A DNA stretch of 64,000 nucleotides from Pseudomonadota bacterium (GTDB lineage Archaea; Thermoplasmatota; SW-10-69-26; JACQPN01; JAJPHT01). Positions 27,712-37,876 of this stretch are shown piece by piece. The position numbers were made by a program, and so were the translations under genes. Each line of letters opens with the position of its first letter. Position 1 is the first letter of the stretch. Under the pieces are notes generated by a model that was not told where the DNA came from, ran no database searches, and saw nothing but the letters and a program-made list of their open reading frames with translations. The stretch lies in the NCBI GenBank assembly GCA_021325135.1, contig JAJPHT010000030.1, forward strand, positions 32,001 to 96,000, read 5' to 3'.

Positions 27712-28296
27712 TCAGGGGGAGAGGGCGTACGTGTCGAGGCTCGTCACGGCCTGCCGCGCAGGTCCGACCTCGACGATGCGAGGCTCAGCGCCGCGAGGGG
27801 CGCGGTGGCTGAGGCGGAGGCCAAAGCCTCGCGTCTTGCTGAATTGCGCAACGACGTCGCGCAACCTCGGGCGGGTCTCCACGATGTCGGGCCGAGACGT
27901 CGGCTTGGCGGGGCGGCCGCGGCCGCGCTTGCTGGGCAGGCCCAGACGGCGGCGCTGGTAGGTGAACGCGTGCGGGGGCACGCTCAAGAGCAGGGCCGCT
28001 TCGGCGTCGTGGTCAGCCAGTTCGTAGGTCTCGGCGATCTCAAGGAGACCTCGCGCGCGCACGAGACTCGCTTGGACGCGGCGGTCGTGTTCGGCGTCCG
28101 CCTTGATGCCCCAGGTGGGGTTGCCGCGGCGTTGCTTGGCGATGAGGCCGAGGCGCGTGCGGCGATTGCGCCACGTCGAGAGGCGGCAGTGCGCGAGAGC
28201 GGCAGATTCGGGGTCATTCTTGCCGATGAGGTAGGCGCTGAGCGTGTCGAGGAGTTCAGCGAGTTTCGTCTCTGCGGGTTCGTGTCTCGTTTGCAT
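27712..28296 (-). CDS. basic hypothetical protein, first gene of the array, possible DNA-binding (AT-hook-like KRGRGRP)
   Basis: AGGTGA SD before MQTRH; DAEAALLL.V....F...RRRLGLPSKRGRGRPAK. Confidence 0.6.
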   Translation of the reverse strand: MQTRHEPAETKLAELLDTLSAYLIGKNDPESAALAHCRLSTWRNRRTRLGLIAKQRRGNPTWGIKADAEHDRRVQASLVRARGLLEIAETYELADHDAEAALLLSVPPHAFTYQRRRLGLPSKRGRGRPAKPTSRPDIVETRPRLRDVVAQFSKTRGFGLRLSHRAPRGAEPRIVEVGPARQAVTSLDTYALSP

Positions 28297-29940
28297 GGTT
28301 TCACCTAGGTTGGTTGTGTGGGTCGGGCGGGGAGTTTCACCTCGCCTCCGCAAGGGGAGCCGGTGGGCCGACCAGGGAGAAAGGCCGTGGGCGAACTGGG
28401 CCGAAGCGAGTCGGGCCTTCAACGCGAGCCGGAGCTCAAGCTCGGGCGTGACTCGCTTCGTCGTCGTAGCATCCCACGGCGTAAGAGTTGGCCACGAATG
28501 GGGCTCGTGGCCGGGCCCTTCGCCAATTTTGGTGGCCCTGGCGAATGGGCCTTGGCGCGTCTTGTCCCAGTGCCGGCGCGCGCCCTTGCCGGCGTCGAGT
28601 CCCGAAAAACGTGGCTCGGGTTGGCCAGGTCTGGGTCCATGGCTTGCCGCGGCGCGCGGGGAGGCGTTGACATGCCTCATCGCGGCTTGGGCTCGCCGAG
28701 GACCCTGGGTGGTTTTGAGCCGCCCGATCCAGCCTGCCCTTGGAAGGTGCGCGCTCGACTCGCGCACCTCGCTGGGGGCCTGCTGGATCGGCCACGGCTG
28801 CCGCGCGAGCTCAGGAGAAAACCTTCGACATTGCCTGGGGTTCGAGCCGAGCCGGCGCGGACTTGAGCAAACCACGCCTCACGCCCTTTCACCGCTCCGC
28901 CGCTCCGGCTCGACTTTCACGTGGCCTGAGCAGGCGGCTGCGCATGTTGCCGCGCCGCGCGTTCTAAGCGCACCCCGGTTTGGGGGGGTGCGCCCGGGAC
29001 TTTTTCCCGACCCTGCGACGAAGGTGTGGGCGCGCAGACTGGTCGCTGCGCGCCATCGCCTTGTCGGGGTCAGTACCCCGTTTCCTCGCGGACAGGTCCC
29101 CAACGACCTCAAGCAGCGTGCGTTGGCGCGCGCTGGGTCGTGGTGTTCCGTCCTGCGAGGCCGCCCTGGAAGCCGTTCTTGCTGGCTTGGGGCGGAGGAC
29201 CCGCTGGTGTGGGTGTGGTTCACTCTCTCCGGACCTATCGACCGCCACCGTGGTTTGGTAGGACTCCCGCGTCCGGCGCGGGCAAGTTTCGGCCATTCAT
29301 CCATCCCAGCCGCGCGGACTCGTGGTCTCAACGCCCCGTGGAGCGCATGGCTCGGTGGGGCGCCTTGATCGCAAGGTCGCGGGTGGGACTTCTGCGCGTA
29401 CATGTCTCGCGGAGCGTCTACGCGCACGTCCGCGGTCCCCAACTCTGACCCTTGAGGAACAGGTCGCTTCCACTTCTTGCTCCTCCTCACGAGGAGCGCG
29501 CCGACGCGCGGCGCGATGCTCAGGTGGTCCACGACGACCAGAACGCTCCCACTGGAGCTCCTCTGAGCACTATTTTTCCGAGAATTTCCCTCACCCACGA
29601 GGACCCCCTGGGTCGGGGGTCCTGGACGAGATTTTTTCTTCGGGCCTGCGATGGCCCATGGGGAGCCCTGTTTTCGGTCCCCATTTTCAGAATTGGCCCG
29701 TCGTGGTCCCCCTTGCCTTCCCCACATGCCAATTCTGAATCGGGCTCTCTGGTTCGAAAAAAAGAATTGGCGGAAAAAGAAAGGTAGCTCCGCCGTGGGG
29801 GGCCTTCGGCCACTCCCGGAGTTCGGAGCCAAGAAAAAAGTCGGAACGTGTGAGGAAGGCAATCGGGCTCCCGCGCGCGGCGTCGATGGGATGAAAAAAG
29901 GCTTAGGGCTCCAGGCGCGCGGCGCGGGGGCGAGGCCTCG
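28297..29940. other. ~1.6 kb non-coding control region with hairpins and A/T tracts
   Basis: No credible ORF. Inverted repeat AGGACCCCC-6-GGGGGTCCT at 29600-29623; T tracts 29570-29690; A tracts 29755-29900. Confidence 0.55.
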
Positions 29941-30813
29941 TCAAAGCAGGGCGTTCATGTAGTCCGAAAGATCGACGCCGGGCCCAGGCGCGATGAAGGA
30001 GGCTTGGGTGGAACCGTGGTTGTTGGTCGGGTCGGTGTCTGCCCAGGCGAAGACGTCCACATTGAGCGACAACGTTCCCACTCGGCCGGTGCCGCTCCAT
30101 GTGAACGTGAACGTGCGGGTGGTGCCCGCTGGCACATCGACGCGCTCGTCGGAGACGAAAGTCCCTGTGAGGTTGTCGTAGCCGTGGTCGATCAGGCGCA
30201 CTTCGGTGTGCGGCGCATCGCCCATCGTGGGATTGCGAAGCGTCACTTGGACGCGCTTGGTCTCGGGCTTGTGGATCTCGCCCGTGGGAGGGCTCGCGAC
30301 GGGAGCCTGCTCGAGGACTTGGACGTTGAGCACTTGGACGTCAGGGACAATGGCGATTCCGTGGGTGACGGTGTAGGTGGCGACGCGGTCGAAGAACTGG
30401 GGGTGCATGTCGATGCAGAGGATGGCCTCGCTGGTGGGGACGATGGCTCGGACGTCGTAGACGTTGCCGGGGGGCCACTGGGAGTCGGCGAGGATGGTGC
30501 CATCGGGCGTCATGAGGAAGACGAAGAGGGGCGCATAGTCGGGGCTCGTCTTCGTCACCGTGTAGGCCATGGGCGTGCCGGGGGTGAGGGTGTCTTGATA
30601 ACAATCGGAGCCGTCGATGTTACTTCCCATCTCGCCGCTGAAGTTGCCCTCTGGCATGGGCATGGCGTCTGTGAGGCTGTTTTGGGCGTCTTGGCCCGTC
30701 CCAGCGTCATCGTCGTACCGCGCGCTTGCGAGGTTCATCGAGCTGAGCATCAGGAGGAAGACGAGGGCGAGGATGGTGATGAGGCGCACGGGGATTCTCC
30801 TTGAGGGCAGCAT
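29941..30813 (-). CDS. secreted PPC-like + CARDB protein
   Basis: Signal peptide, DDDAGTGQDA, D.SDCY, PDVQV...VTLRN...DTDPTNN; alternative GTG start at 30789. Confidence 0.8.
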   Translation of the reverse strand: MLPSRRIPVRLITILALVFLLMLSSMNLASARYDDDAGTGQDAQNSLTDAMPMPEGNFSGEMGSNIDGSDCYQDTLTPGTPMAYTVTKTSPDYAPLFVFLMTPDGTILADSQWPPGNVYDVRAIVPTSEAILCIDMHPQFFDRVATYTVTHGIAIVPDVQVLNVQVLEQAPVASPPTGEIHKPETKRVQVTLRNPTMGDAPHTEVRLIDHGYDNLTGTFVSDERVDVPAGTTRTFTFTWSGTGRVGTLSLNVDVFAWADTDPTNNHGSTQASFIAPGPGVDLSDYMNALL

Positions 30814-30844
30814 AGGACCCGGTTCATTTCGCATTTGTAACGGT

Positions 30845-33388
30845 TCAGGGCAGCGAGGCGGCCTGGAGGAGGCTGGCCAAGCTGAATCCCATGCCCAGGC
30901 CTCCGATGAGGACGCTTTGATGGGTGCAGGCGGCGTTGTTGTCTGGGTCGCGCTCCGCCCCGTGGGGCGAGGCTTGGGCGCAGAGGGAAACGTCTCCGAT
31001 CGTCCCCGTGGTGTTCCAGGTGGTCTCCACCAAGGCCGAGTCGCCTGCCGGGATGGACGGAATCAGGATGCGCGCGATGATCTGCGGCGCGGAGCTGAGC
31101 CCAGTGGGGTCTTGGGCCTCGGAGGTCAGGAGGAGCTGGCCGCCTTCGGAGGCAGTGGCGCCGCGGTTGTGGATCCGGACGTGGACGACGCGTTCGGGGG
31201 AAGCGTGGTTGGGCACGGTGCCCCCGTCGGTCGTGATGGGGTTCTGCGTGACAGTGATGTCGGTTGGGCTGAGGGCGAGGTCGGGGCGGTTGTCCACGTT
31301 GAGGTGGAGCAACGCGCCCGTGCTGGCTCCCTGCTCGTCGGTGACCAGGACGTAGATGTCGGCCGTGGCTTGCGGGCCGAGGAGGCGCGCGTCGAACGTG
31401 AAGCTCCAGTTCTCCTTACCGAAGGCCGTCCTGAGCGGGCCCCCGTTGAGGGTCCATTGGACGCTGGCCAGGCTCGCAGTGGGGGAGTAGGCGTGTCCTT
31501 GGACGGTCACGCTGCCGTTCTGGGTCGCGTTGGCGAGGGGCGAATCGATGCTCAGCGCGGGCGGGGCCGCGTTGCGCACGAGGAACTGCACGTCCGCAAC
31601 GGCAGAGGTCGCCACACCGTCCGAGGCTTGGGCCTGGAGGTCGTGGAGGCCCTCGGCGAGGGCGATCGTGTCCACGAAGCGCGACCAGGGGGCGGCGCCC
31701 TGGGCGGGCATCCAGGGGCCCTGGTCCACACGGACGGACACCGTGACGGGATCGCCCTCAGGGTCGCTGACGGCGCCCGAGACGCGGAGAATGCCGCTGA
31801 CGTTCTCCAGGCTCGCCGGGGACGTGATGGCCAGCGTGGGGGGCTGGTTGGGCAGGGCTGGGGCCACCTCGACGCGCACGAACGCGACTGCGAGAGACCC
31901 GCCGGGGGGTTGGACGTGGGCCTCCAGGAGGAGGGGCGTCGCGACGTCGGGCCGTAGGCTCAGGTCGTACATGCCGTCCTGGCCGAAGCCCGGCGAGCCG
32001 TCCCCGTTGACGGGGAACGGGTTGACGGGGACGGTCTCGGTTGTGACAGGCGTGCCGTCCTCGAAGAGGCCCGTGATCGTCGCCGTCGGAGCGGGGTTGC
32101 CGAACGCATCGCGGACGGTGACGGAGAGCTCGGAGACGCGGCCGGCGTGGATCGAGTTGGGGTTGGACTCCGCGAGGGCGCCATTTGCGGTGGGAACGGC
32201 GAGCGTGCGCGCCCCCACACCGGGCCACGTCACGGCGAAGGACACTTGTCCAGCGCCCGAGGGCACGAGGCCCGAGACCGTCGCGACGCCCGTGGACGGG
32301 TCGTAGGAGGCGCTCCCGGCCGAGAGGAGCACGCCGGAGACCACGACATCGTGGGCGGCGTAGTCCGTGATCTCCTGCGCGGTGGGAGGCCGGCCGGTGG
32401 CGGCGTTGAGGCACGCGGAGGGCCCGCCCGTCTCACAGAGAGGATGAGCAGAACCCGCGTCGTCCGCGATGGCGAGCGTCATCGTCTGCGTCTGGAGCGC
32501 GCCGTTCGCGGAGGGGAGGACGGGGATGGAGGAGATGCCGTTGCCCGACACGTCGTGCAGGGAGAGGGCGAAGGGAGGGAGCGTGACGGTGAAGTTGGCC
32601 TGCCCTTGGACATCGGGGATGCCGTCGCCCGTGACGTCGGCCAGGACGGTGAACTCGTAGGTCCCGACTGGGGGTGTTCCGGTTTGGAAGGACGCGAAGG
32701 AACCGTGTGCGTCAGTAGTCACGCCATCGGGCACGCCGCTCCCAGGTGGGGCGTGGATTGTCGCGCCCGCCACAGGGGCGCCGGTCTGGTCGAGGGCCGT
32801 GAGCACCTCGGAGAAGCCACCTGTCGAGGAGTAGGTCGCCGTGGAAGGGCTCAGGTGGACCTCGATCTCGGCGTGGGGCGAGATGAGGATCATCGCCGCC
32901 TGGGTGCCAGCGTCCGCATCCAGGACGGTCCAGACGCCGGCCTTGTTGAAGCGCACGTTGGGGAACGTGGCGTTCGCAAAGGCAGTGGGCGTGGCGCAAT
33001 CGTTGGGATAGACTGCGTCGCCGCAGTGCTCGGTGTCGTTGTAGGCCTGCCGCGTCGAGCCGACGTTGGTCCCCTGGGGGTCCACGAGCTGCAGACGGTG
33101 GGCCACGCCGCCGAGGTCCAAGCCGGCCGCATCGAGGGCCGTGAAGGTGAGGTCGTAGGTCTGGTTGTAGTCGATCGTCCCGTTCTCGGGATAGACAACG
33201 GGGGAGATCGAGTCGGAGGTCCGGAAGTGGACGACGCGGATGGAGTTGCCCACGGTGAGGACGTTGGCCGGGTCCTTCACGTTCCGGGCCCCGCTGGTGC
33301 TGTCGTCTGCAACGGAGTCGGCGCCCGCCCAAGACGTCAAGAGGCTCGGAGCGAGACAGAGAAGCGTGACGAGGAGGGCAATCGGCAT
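30845..33388 (-). CDS. secreted Ig-like repeat protein with C-terminal CARDB
   Basis: Signal peptide, Big-type domains (NQPPTLAITSP, SDPEGD), PDLALS...IHNRG...ERDPDNN. Confidence 0.82.
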   Translation of the reverse strand: MPIALLVTLLCLAPSLLTSWAGADSVADDSTSGARNVKDPANVLTVGNSIRVVHFRTSDSISPVVYPENGTIDYNQTYDLTFTALDAAGLDLGGVAHRLQLVDPQGTNVGSTRQAYNDTEHCGDAVYPNDCATPTAFANATFPNVRFNKAGVWTVLDADAGTQAAMILISPHAEIEVHLSPSTATYSSTGGFSEVLTALDQTGAPVAGATIHAPPGSGVPDGVTTDAHGSFASFQTGTPPVGTYEFTVLADVTGDGIPDVQGQANFTVTLPPFALSLHDVSGNGISSIPVLPSANGALQTQTMTLAIADDAGSAHPLCETGGPSACLNAATGRPPTAQEITDYAAHDVVVSGVLLSAGSASYDPSTGVATVSGLVPSGAGQVSFAVTWPGVGARTLAVPTANGALAESNPNSIHAGRVSELSVTVRDAFGNPAPTATITGLFEDGTPVTTETVPVNPFPVNGDGSPGFGQDGMYDLSLRPDVATPLLLEAHVQPPGGSLAVAFVRVEVAPALPNQPPTLAITSPASLENVSGILRVSGAVSDPEGDPVTVSVRVDQGPWMPAQGAAPWSRFVDTIALAEGLHDLQAQASDGVATSAVADVQFLVRNAAPPALSIDSPLANATQNGSVTVQGHAYSPTASLASVQWTLNGGPLRTAFGKENWSFTFDARLLGPQATADIYVLVTDEQGASTGALLHLNVDNRPDLALSPTDITVTQNPITTDGGTVPNHASPERVVHVRIHNRGATASEGGQLLLTSEAQDPTGLSSAPQIIARILIPSIPAGDSALVETTWNTTGTIGDVSLCAQASPHGAERDPDNNAACTHQSVLIGGLGMGFSLASLLQAASLP

Positions 33389-33611
33389 TGTCGATCGCGT
33401 GGTCGGACGCACGCCCCGCACCCGGGAAGAGGGTTCAAAAGGCTTCTCCTAAACTCCTGCGCGTAACGCCCCCATTTTGTGTAGGATTCTTGTCAATTTC
33501 CCCGCCGAGCCGGCCTAACCCGCAGACCCGCCAATCCATGTCACTCACGAGGGGCCAAGGCAGGATTTAAGGCGCATCGTCTCCTCGGCCGTTCCGGGAG
33601 GCCATCCCAAC

Positions 33612-34583
33612 TTGCGCCCAGCGGTCCTCATCCTCGTTAGCCTCTTCCTCGTCAATCTCCTCCCTCTCGCCGCGGCCCAAGACGATGCCGGCACGGGCGC
33701 CGACGCCCCCGACAACCGAGCGAACGCGCTTTCATTCAACGGGACTGACCTCACGGGGACTCTGGACGACCCCAACGGTGATAGCGCCGACTGGTACCTC
33801 ATGACCGGCCTCCCCGCTCATCAAGGACTCAGCGTGGACCTCCAAACAACTGGCCTCTGGGGAATCGCAATTACGCTCTTGGACCAGAACGGCAACCCCT
33901 TCCTTCACGACCAAAACGGCCAGCTCATCAGCGGATATTACACCGACAACTTCGGTGGTGCTCCAGCACGCTACCACTTCGACATCATCCCCTCCCCCGG
34001 CGCCTTCTACCTCGGCATCACGCGCAACTTCTGGTCGAACCAAGGCACCTACGAGTTCAACTTCACCACCGTCGCGCTCGCCGACTTGGCCGTCGATTCC
34101 ATCACCATCACCCCCGTGACCATCCAGTCCGATCTTGGCCCTCTCCCGGCCTCGGTCGAGCGGATCGTGAACGTCACCGTCGAGAACCATGGCGCCGCCG
34201 ATGCCCCCAGCGTGGTGGACGTCTGGGTCAACCCCGCCAACGACCCCAGCGGCTCTCGCCGCCACGTCGGCACCATCAGCCTGACCATCCCCGCGGGCCA
34301 GAGCCGGACGGTCTTGCTCGAGTGGCAAACCACGGGCGAGCTTGGCGACATGGACGTCCACGCCCACGCCTCGACGCATTGGGAGGCCAACTTGGGCGAC
34401 AACGAGCTCGTCACGCGCCAGTTCGTCCTCGTGGGCCAACTGGGACAAGGCGTTGACCTGCTCAACCACAACGTGGACGCGGACGGCGTCGCAAGCGCTG
34501 GCACCAGCTACGGCCGCGGCACGGGCGCCGGCATCACCCTCCCGCTCCTCGGAACGACCAGCGTGGGCCAATACGACCCGTGA
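33612..34583 (+). CDS. secreted PPC-like + CARDB protein
   Basis: Signal peptide, QDDAGTGADAPD, DSADWY, ADLAVDSI..VTVENHG..EANLGDN; TTTAAG box near 33566. Confidence 0.82.
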   Translation: MRPAVLILVSLFLVNLLPLAAAQDDAGTGADAPDNRANALSFNGTDLTGTLDDPNGDSADWYLMTGLPAHQGLSVDLQTTGLWGIAITLLDQNGNPFLHDQNGQLISGYYTDNFGGAPARYHFDIIPSPGAFYLGITRNFWSNQGTYEFNFTTVALADLAVDSITITPVTIQSDLGPLPASVERIVNVTVENHGAADAPSVVDVWVNPANDPSGSRRHVGTISLTIPAGQSRTVLLEWQTTGELGDMDVHAHASTHWEANLGDNELVTRQFVLVGQLGQGVDLLNHNVDADGVASAGTSYGRGTGAGITLPLLGTTSVGQYDP

Positions 34584-34587
34584 GACT

Positions 34588-37239
34588 ATGCGCGCCCCCC
34601 TCCCCGTCTTCCTCGCCCTCTTCCTGCTCGTCCCCAGCGCCCACGCCGAGGCACCCGGCCAGGACGACAACGCAACCGGCGCGGATGCTCCCGACGACGC
34701 AACCCACGCCATCGCGATCCCCTTCGCGGACATCGCCGGCACGCTGGATCCCGCCAACGGCGACCACGCGGACTGGTACGCATTCAACGTCACGCCCGGC
34801 AAGGTCCTCCAGTGGACCTACCACACCACGATTCCCCGCTCCTACGTCTACATCCTCGACGACGCGGGCCGCACGATCACGGCCCACGACATGTGGAACT
34901 GGGACAGCGTCTTCGGCGGCCCCGCCAACGCGACCTTCTACCCTGTGAACACGCTCCTGGGCAACGTGACTCACGTCCGCCTCGGCATCGCCGAACACGA
35001 CGGCGGAGGCGACTACTGGATGGAACTCGCCCTGCTCGATCCCGCCGACGTCAGCCTCGACACCCTGACGGTCGCGCCGGCGGCGGGCCCCACGGATCCG
35101 CAAGCGCCCACCAGCCTGCACCACACGATCCTCGTCAACCTCTCCAACCAGGACCAGGGCGCGACCGTGGCCCGAGTCCACGTGACCGTCATCGCGACCG
35201 CGACGGGCGGCACGCGCGACTTGGGCACCCAAGCCGTCGGGCTCAACGGGGGGCAGCGGGCGGTCTTGACCTACGACTGGAATGGCCTGGGCGAAGCGGG
35301 CGAAATGCGCATCGACGCCACCGCCACCTCAAGCTGGATCGAGACCCGCAGCGACAACAACGCCATCACCACGACCAGCAGCGTCCTCGTCAACCACACC
35401 GGCTTCGGCCTGGATGTCTTGAACGGGGGCGCAGGCAACTCCCTCCTGGGCGTTGGGTGGAGCTCGAATGGCCACTCGAGCGTCGGCGTCTGCGCCGGCC
35501 TCGTCGTGACCGGCGCGTGCGAAGGCGCCACCGATCCCATCCAGCCCGGCATCAGTCCCACCGGAGATGCGGAGGGAGACAAGCTGGCCATCAGCGGGAC
35601 TGGCCACGCCCATTCTGACTCCGGCCTCGCCGTGAGCGGAACGGGCGACTCGGACGGACCCGTCGCCGTCTCCGGAACGGGCACCAGCAACGGAAGCCTC
35701 GTGGCGGCCGGAGCAACCGGCACAAGCAACGGCTGGGCCCTCGCCGTGAACCCCTTGGGCAACGCGACGTGCACCGTGGGCTTCCTGTGCATCGCGGCCA
35801 CCGCCACGGGCGAAGCCAACGGATGGCTCCCCCTCGGCGTGACCGGGACATGCAACGGTGGGCCCTGCAACGACGTCGAGACCACCCAGAACGCCCAAGC
35901 CAACTCCATCGCCGTCAGCGGCACGGGCCAGAGCCAAGCCCCCATCGCCACCAGCGGGACCGGCCCGAGTACAGGCAACTTCGCCACCAGCCTCACGGGC
36001 CCCGCGGAGGGCAACGACACCGCGCTCAGCGGCACGGGCGACGCCACCACAACGTGGAACGCGCTCAGCCTCGCCGCAAGCGGAATGGGGAACGCCACGG
36101 GGGGTTCCGCCCTCGCGCCCGTGGGCAATGCGCGCTGCTTCGGCTTGGACTGCGCCGCGGTGAGTCTCACCGGCGATGCCGACGCCTCCTGCGACGCGGC
36201 CCTCGTCGAAGAGTGCGTCGCAATCAGCGGCACCGGCCAGGCGCACTGCGAATCCGGCAACGCGGGGGATCAGTGCACAGCCGTGCGCATCGCGGACCTC
36301 ATTCCATCCCCCGACGTTGCAATCAGCCCAACCGGCGACGCCAACGGAGGCGACCTCGCGATCAGCGGCACCGGCAACGCCCACACCGACCACGGAACCA
36401 GCCTGAGCGGAACCGGCAACGCCAGCAACGGAGGCGACCAGGACGACTCGTGCGCACACCCCGGCGCGGTCTCGTGCATCGCCCTGAGCGCCGCCGGCGA
36501 CGCCTCGAACGGCGGCAACGGAGCCCGCGCGTGCGAAACCCAAAGCTCTGCCTCGGTCGGTTGCGTGGCGCTCAGCGGGGCGGGAAGGAGTACGAATGGG
36601 GGAGACGGCGAGGAATCGTGCCTCACCAACGGCGTCCTCACCGACGACATCAACCTCAACTGCATCGCGATTTCCTTGCTAGGAGACGCCTCGAACGGGG
36701 GAGACGGAACCTACAGCTGCGCGACGGTGCTCGCAGCCAACCCAAATTGCATAGCCATATCCGCCTTCGGCACCGCGCGCAATGGCGGTGAAGGAGGCGG
36801 CTCCTGTGAGGTCATCTTGGGCATCGGCTCCACGACCTGCACGGCAGCCAGCCTCACCGGCAACGCCTCCAACGGTGGCGATGGCGCAGGCTCCTGCGCG
36901 CAAGGACTCGGCTACGCGTCCCTCAGTTGCGTCGCAATCTCCGTCATCGGGGACGCCTCCAACGGTGGAGCTGGCCAGGAAAGTTGCGAGAGCAGCGTCG
37001 AGACCGCCTCCGTGAACTGCGTTGCGATCAGTCCGGCGGGCCGCGCTGCCAACGCCGGAGGGGGCCCGCTCGCCTGCAGACAGTTCGACGCAACTGCATC
37101 GGCCAACTGTATCATGGTCGGTTCACCCGCCCCGCCAGCCTCCCACGGCTTCTTGCAAGGTGGAGAGGAGCGCGAGTCGGGATCCAACTTCATGCGCACA
37201 GTCGTGGCCTGGCTCATCCACGCGATCTCGTCACGATAA
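34588..37239 (+). CDS. secreted PPC + CARDB protein with Gly/Cys-rich solenoid repeats
   Basis: Signal peptide MRAPLPVFLALF, QDDNATGADAPD, SGTG repeats, CxAxS..G.ASNGG.G..SC repeats. Confidence 0.82.
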   Translation: MRAPLPVFLALFLLVPSAHAEAPGQDDNATGADAPDDATHAIAIPFADIAGTLDPANGDHADWYAFNVTPGKVLQWTYHTTIPRSYVYILDDAGRTITAHDMWNWDSVFGGPANATFYPVNTLLGNVTHVRLGIAEHDGGGDYWMELALLDPADVSLDTLTVAPAAGPTDPQAPTSLHHTILVNLSNQDQGATVARVHVTVIATATGGTRDLGTQAVGLNGGQRAVLTYDWNGLGEAGEMRIDATATSSWIETRSDNNAITTTSSVLVNHTGFGLDVLNGGAGNSLLGVGWSSNGHSSVGVCAGLVVTGACEGATDPIQPGISPTGDAEGDKLAISGTGHAHSDSGLAVSGTGDSDGPVAVSGTGTSNGSLVAAGATGTSNGWALAVNPLGNATCTVGFLCIAATATGEANGWLPLGVTGTCNGGPCNDVETTQNAQANSIAVSGTGQSQAPIATSGTGPSTGNFATSLTGPAEGNDTALSGTGDATTTWNALSLAASGMGNATGGSALAPVGNARCFGLDCAAVSLTGDADASCDAALVEECVAISGTGQAHCESGNAGDQCTAVRIADLIPSPDVAISPTGDANGGDLAISGTGNAHTDHGTSLSGTGNASNGGDQDDSCAHPGAVSCIALSAAGDASNGGNGARACETQSSASVGCVALSGAGRSTNGGDGEESCLTNGVLTDDINLNCIAISLLGDASNGGDGTYSCATVLAANPNCIAISAFGTARNGGEGGGSCEVILGIGSTTCTAASLTGNASNGGDGAGSCAQGLGYASLSCVAISVIGDASNGGAGQESCESSVETASVNCVAISPAGRAANAGGGPLACRQFDATASANCIMVGSPAPPASHGFLQGGEERESGSNFMRTVVAWLIHAISSR

Positions 37240-37262
37240 GCCCGCAATCGTGGTGCAGGACT

Positions 37263-37763
37263 ATGTTTGCAACCAGCAGCGCGGATCTCGCATTCAACGT
37301 GGATCTTGAGTTCCGGGACTACCTCGCGTTCTACCTTTACGGCTTCCGGCGGATCATGATGTTCCTCGGGCCACCAACGGCGGGGTTGGCCCTCGCGTAC
37401 GTGATCGCACCACAGAAGTACCCCACATTGGGCATCATCGTCCCGTTGGCCTTGCTCTGCATCGGCCTCATTGTCGTCGGGATATTCCGGGACGCGTGGC
37501 AGCAGAGCAAGAAACCGAGTCATGAGAGGATGTTCACGATGGAAACGACCGCCGAAGGGTTCACCATCCGCACGGGCGGCCGATCTGAATCTTTCACATG
37601 GGACGGCTTGTGGAGAAACGTCGAACTGCGGGGACATTTCTTGTTCTTCGCCACACGCCGCATCATCTTCATTGTGCCAAAAAGAAGCCTGGGCGGGGAA
37701 AGAGTGGTGGAGATGCTCAGGGCGCGCTCCAACCCAAAGGCAAGAGAGCGGCGCACGGAATAG
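37263..37763 (+). CDS. YcxB-like membrane protein
   Basis: Two TM helices then TAEGF......ESFTW....VE...FLFF.....FIVPKR. Confidence 0.65.
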   Translation: MFATSSADLAFNVDLEFRDYLAFYLYGFRRIMMFLGPPTAGLALAYVIAPQKYPTLGIIVPLALLCIGLIVVGIFRDAWQQSKKPSHERMFTMETTAEGFTIRTGGRSESFTWDGLWRNVELRGHFLFFATRRIIFIVPKRSLGGERVVEMLRARSNPKARERRTE

Positions 37764-37876
37764 GAATGGCCTTCTGCCACTGAGCAGCGCGTGCCCTTGC
37801 TGCGTTTCAGCGCAGCCGCGTCTGGAGTGTTGGGTGGAGGCGTTCCTCGAACCGTACTGTGTCCACCTCGCGCGCC

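Larger units (their letters stand above)
1..28296 (-). mobile_element. Co-oriented accessory/early gene array of a putative large mobile element (plasmid, virus or integrated element)
   Basis: About 45 tightly packed same-strand small ORFs with DNA-processing genes (Ku, FEN1, MTase, GHKL), a shared upstream motif and no housekeeping genes. No integrase, capsid or relaxase recognised. Confidence 0.55.

Noticed and set aside
45-28300. Long plus-strand ORFs in the left half (e.g. 19924-22416, 9890-11686)
   Set aside because: Antisense shadows of GC3-rich minus-strand genes; Arg/Gly/Ala-rich with no motifs.
28800-28862. tRNA-like stretch (AGCTCAG ... GGTTCGAG)
   Set aside because: The T-stem does not pair and there is no anticodon arm.
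30815-30827. ATGAACCGGGTCC as a right-half motif copy
   Set aside because: Lacks the conserved AAG core and has the wrong spacing to the start.
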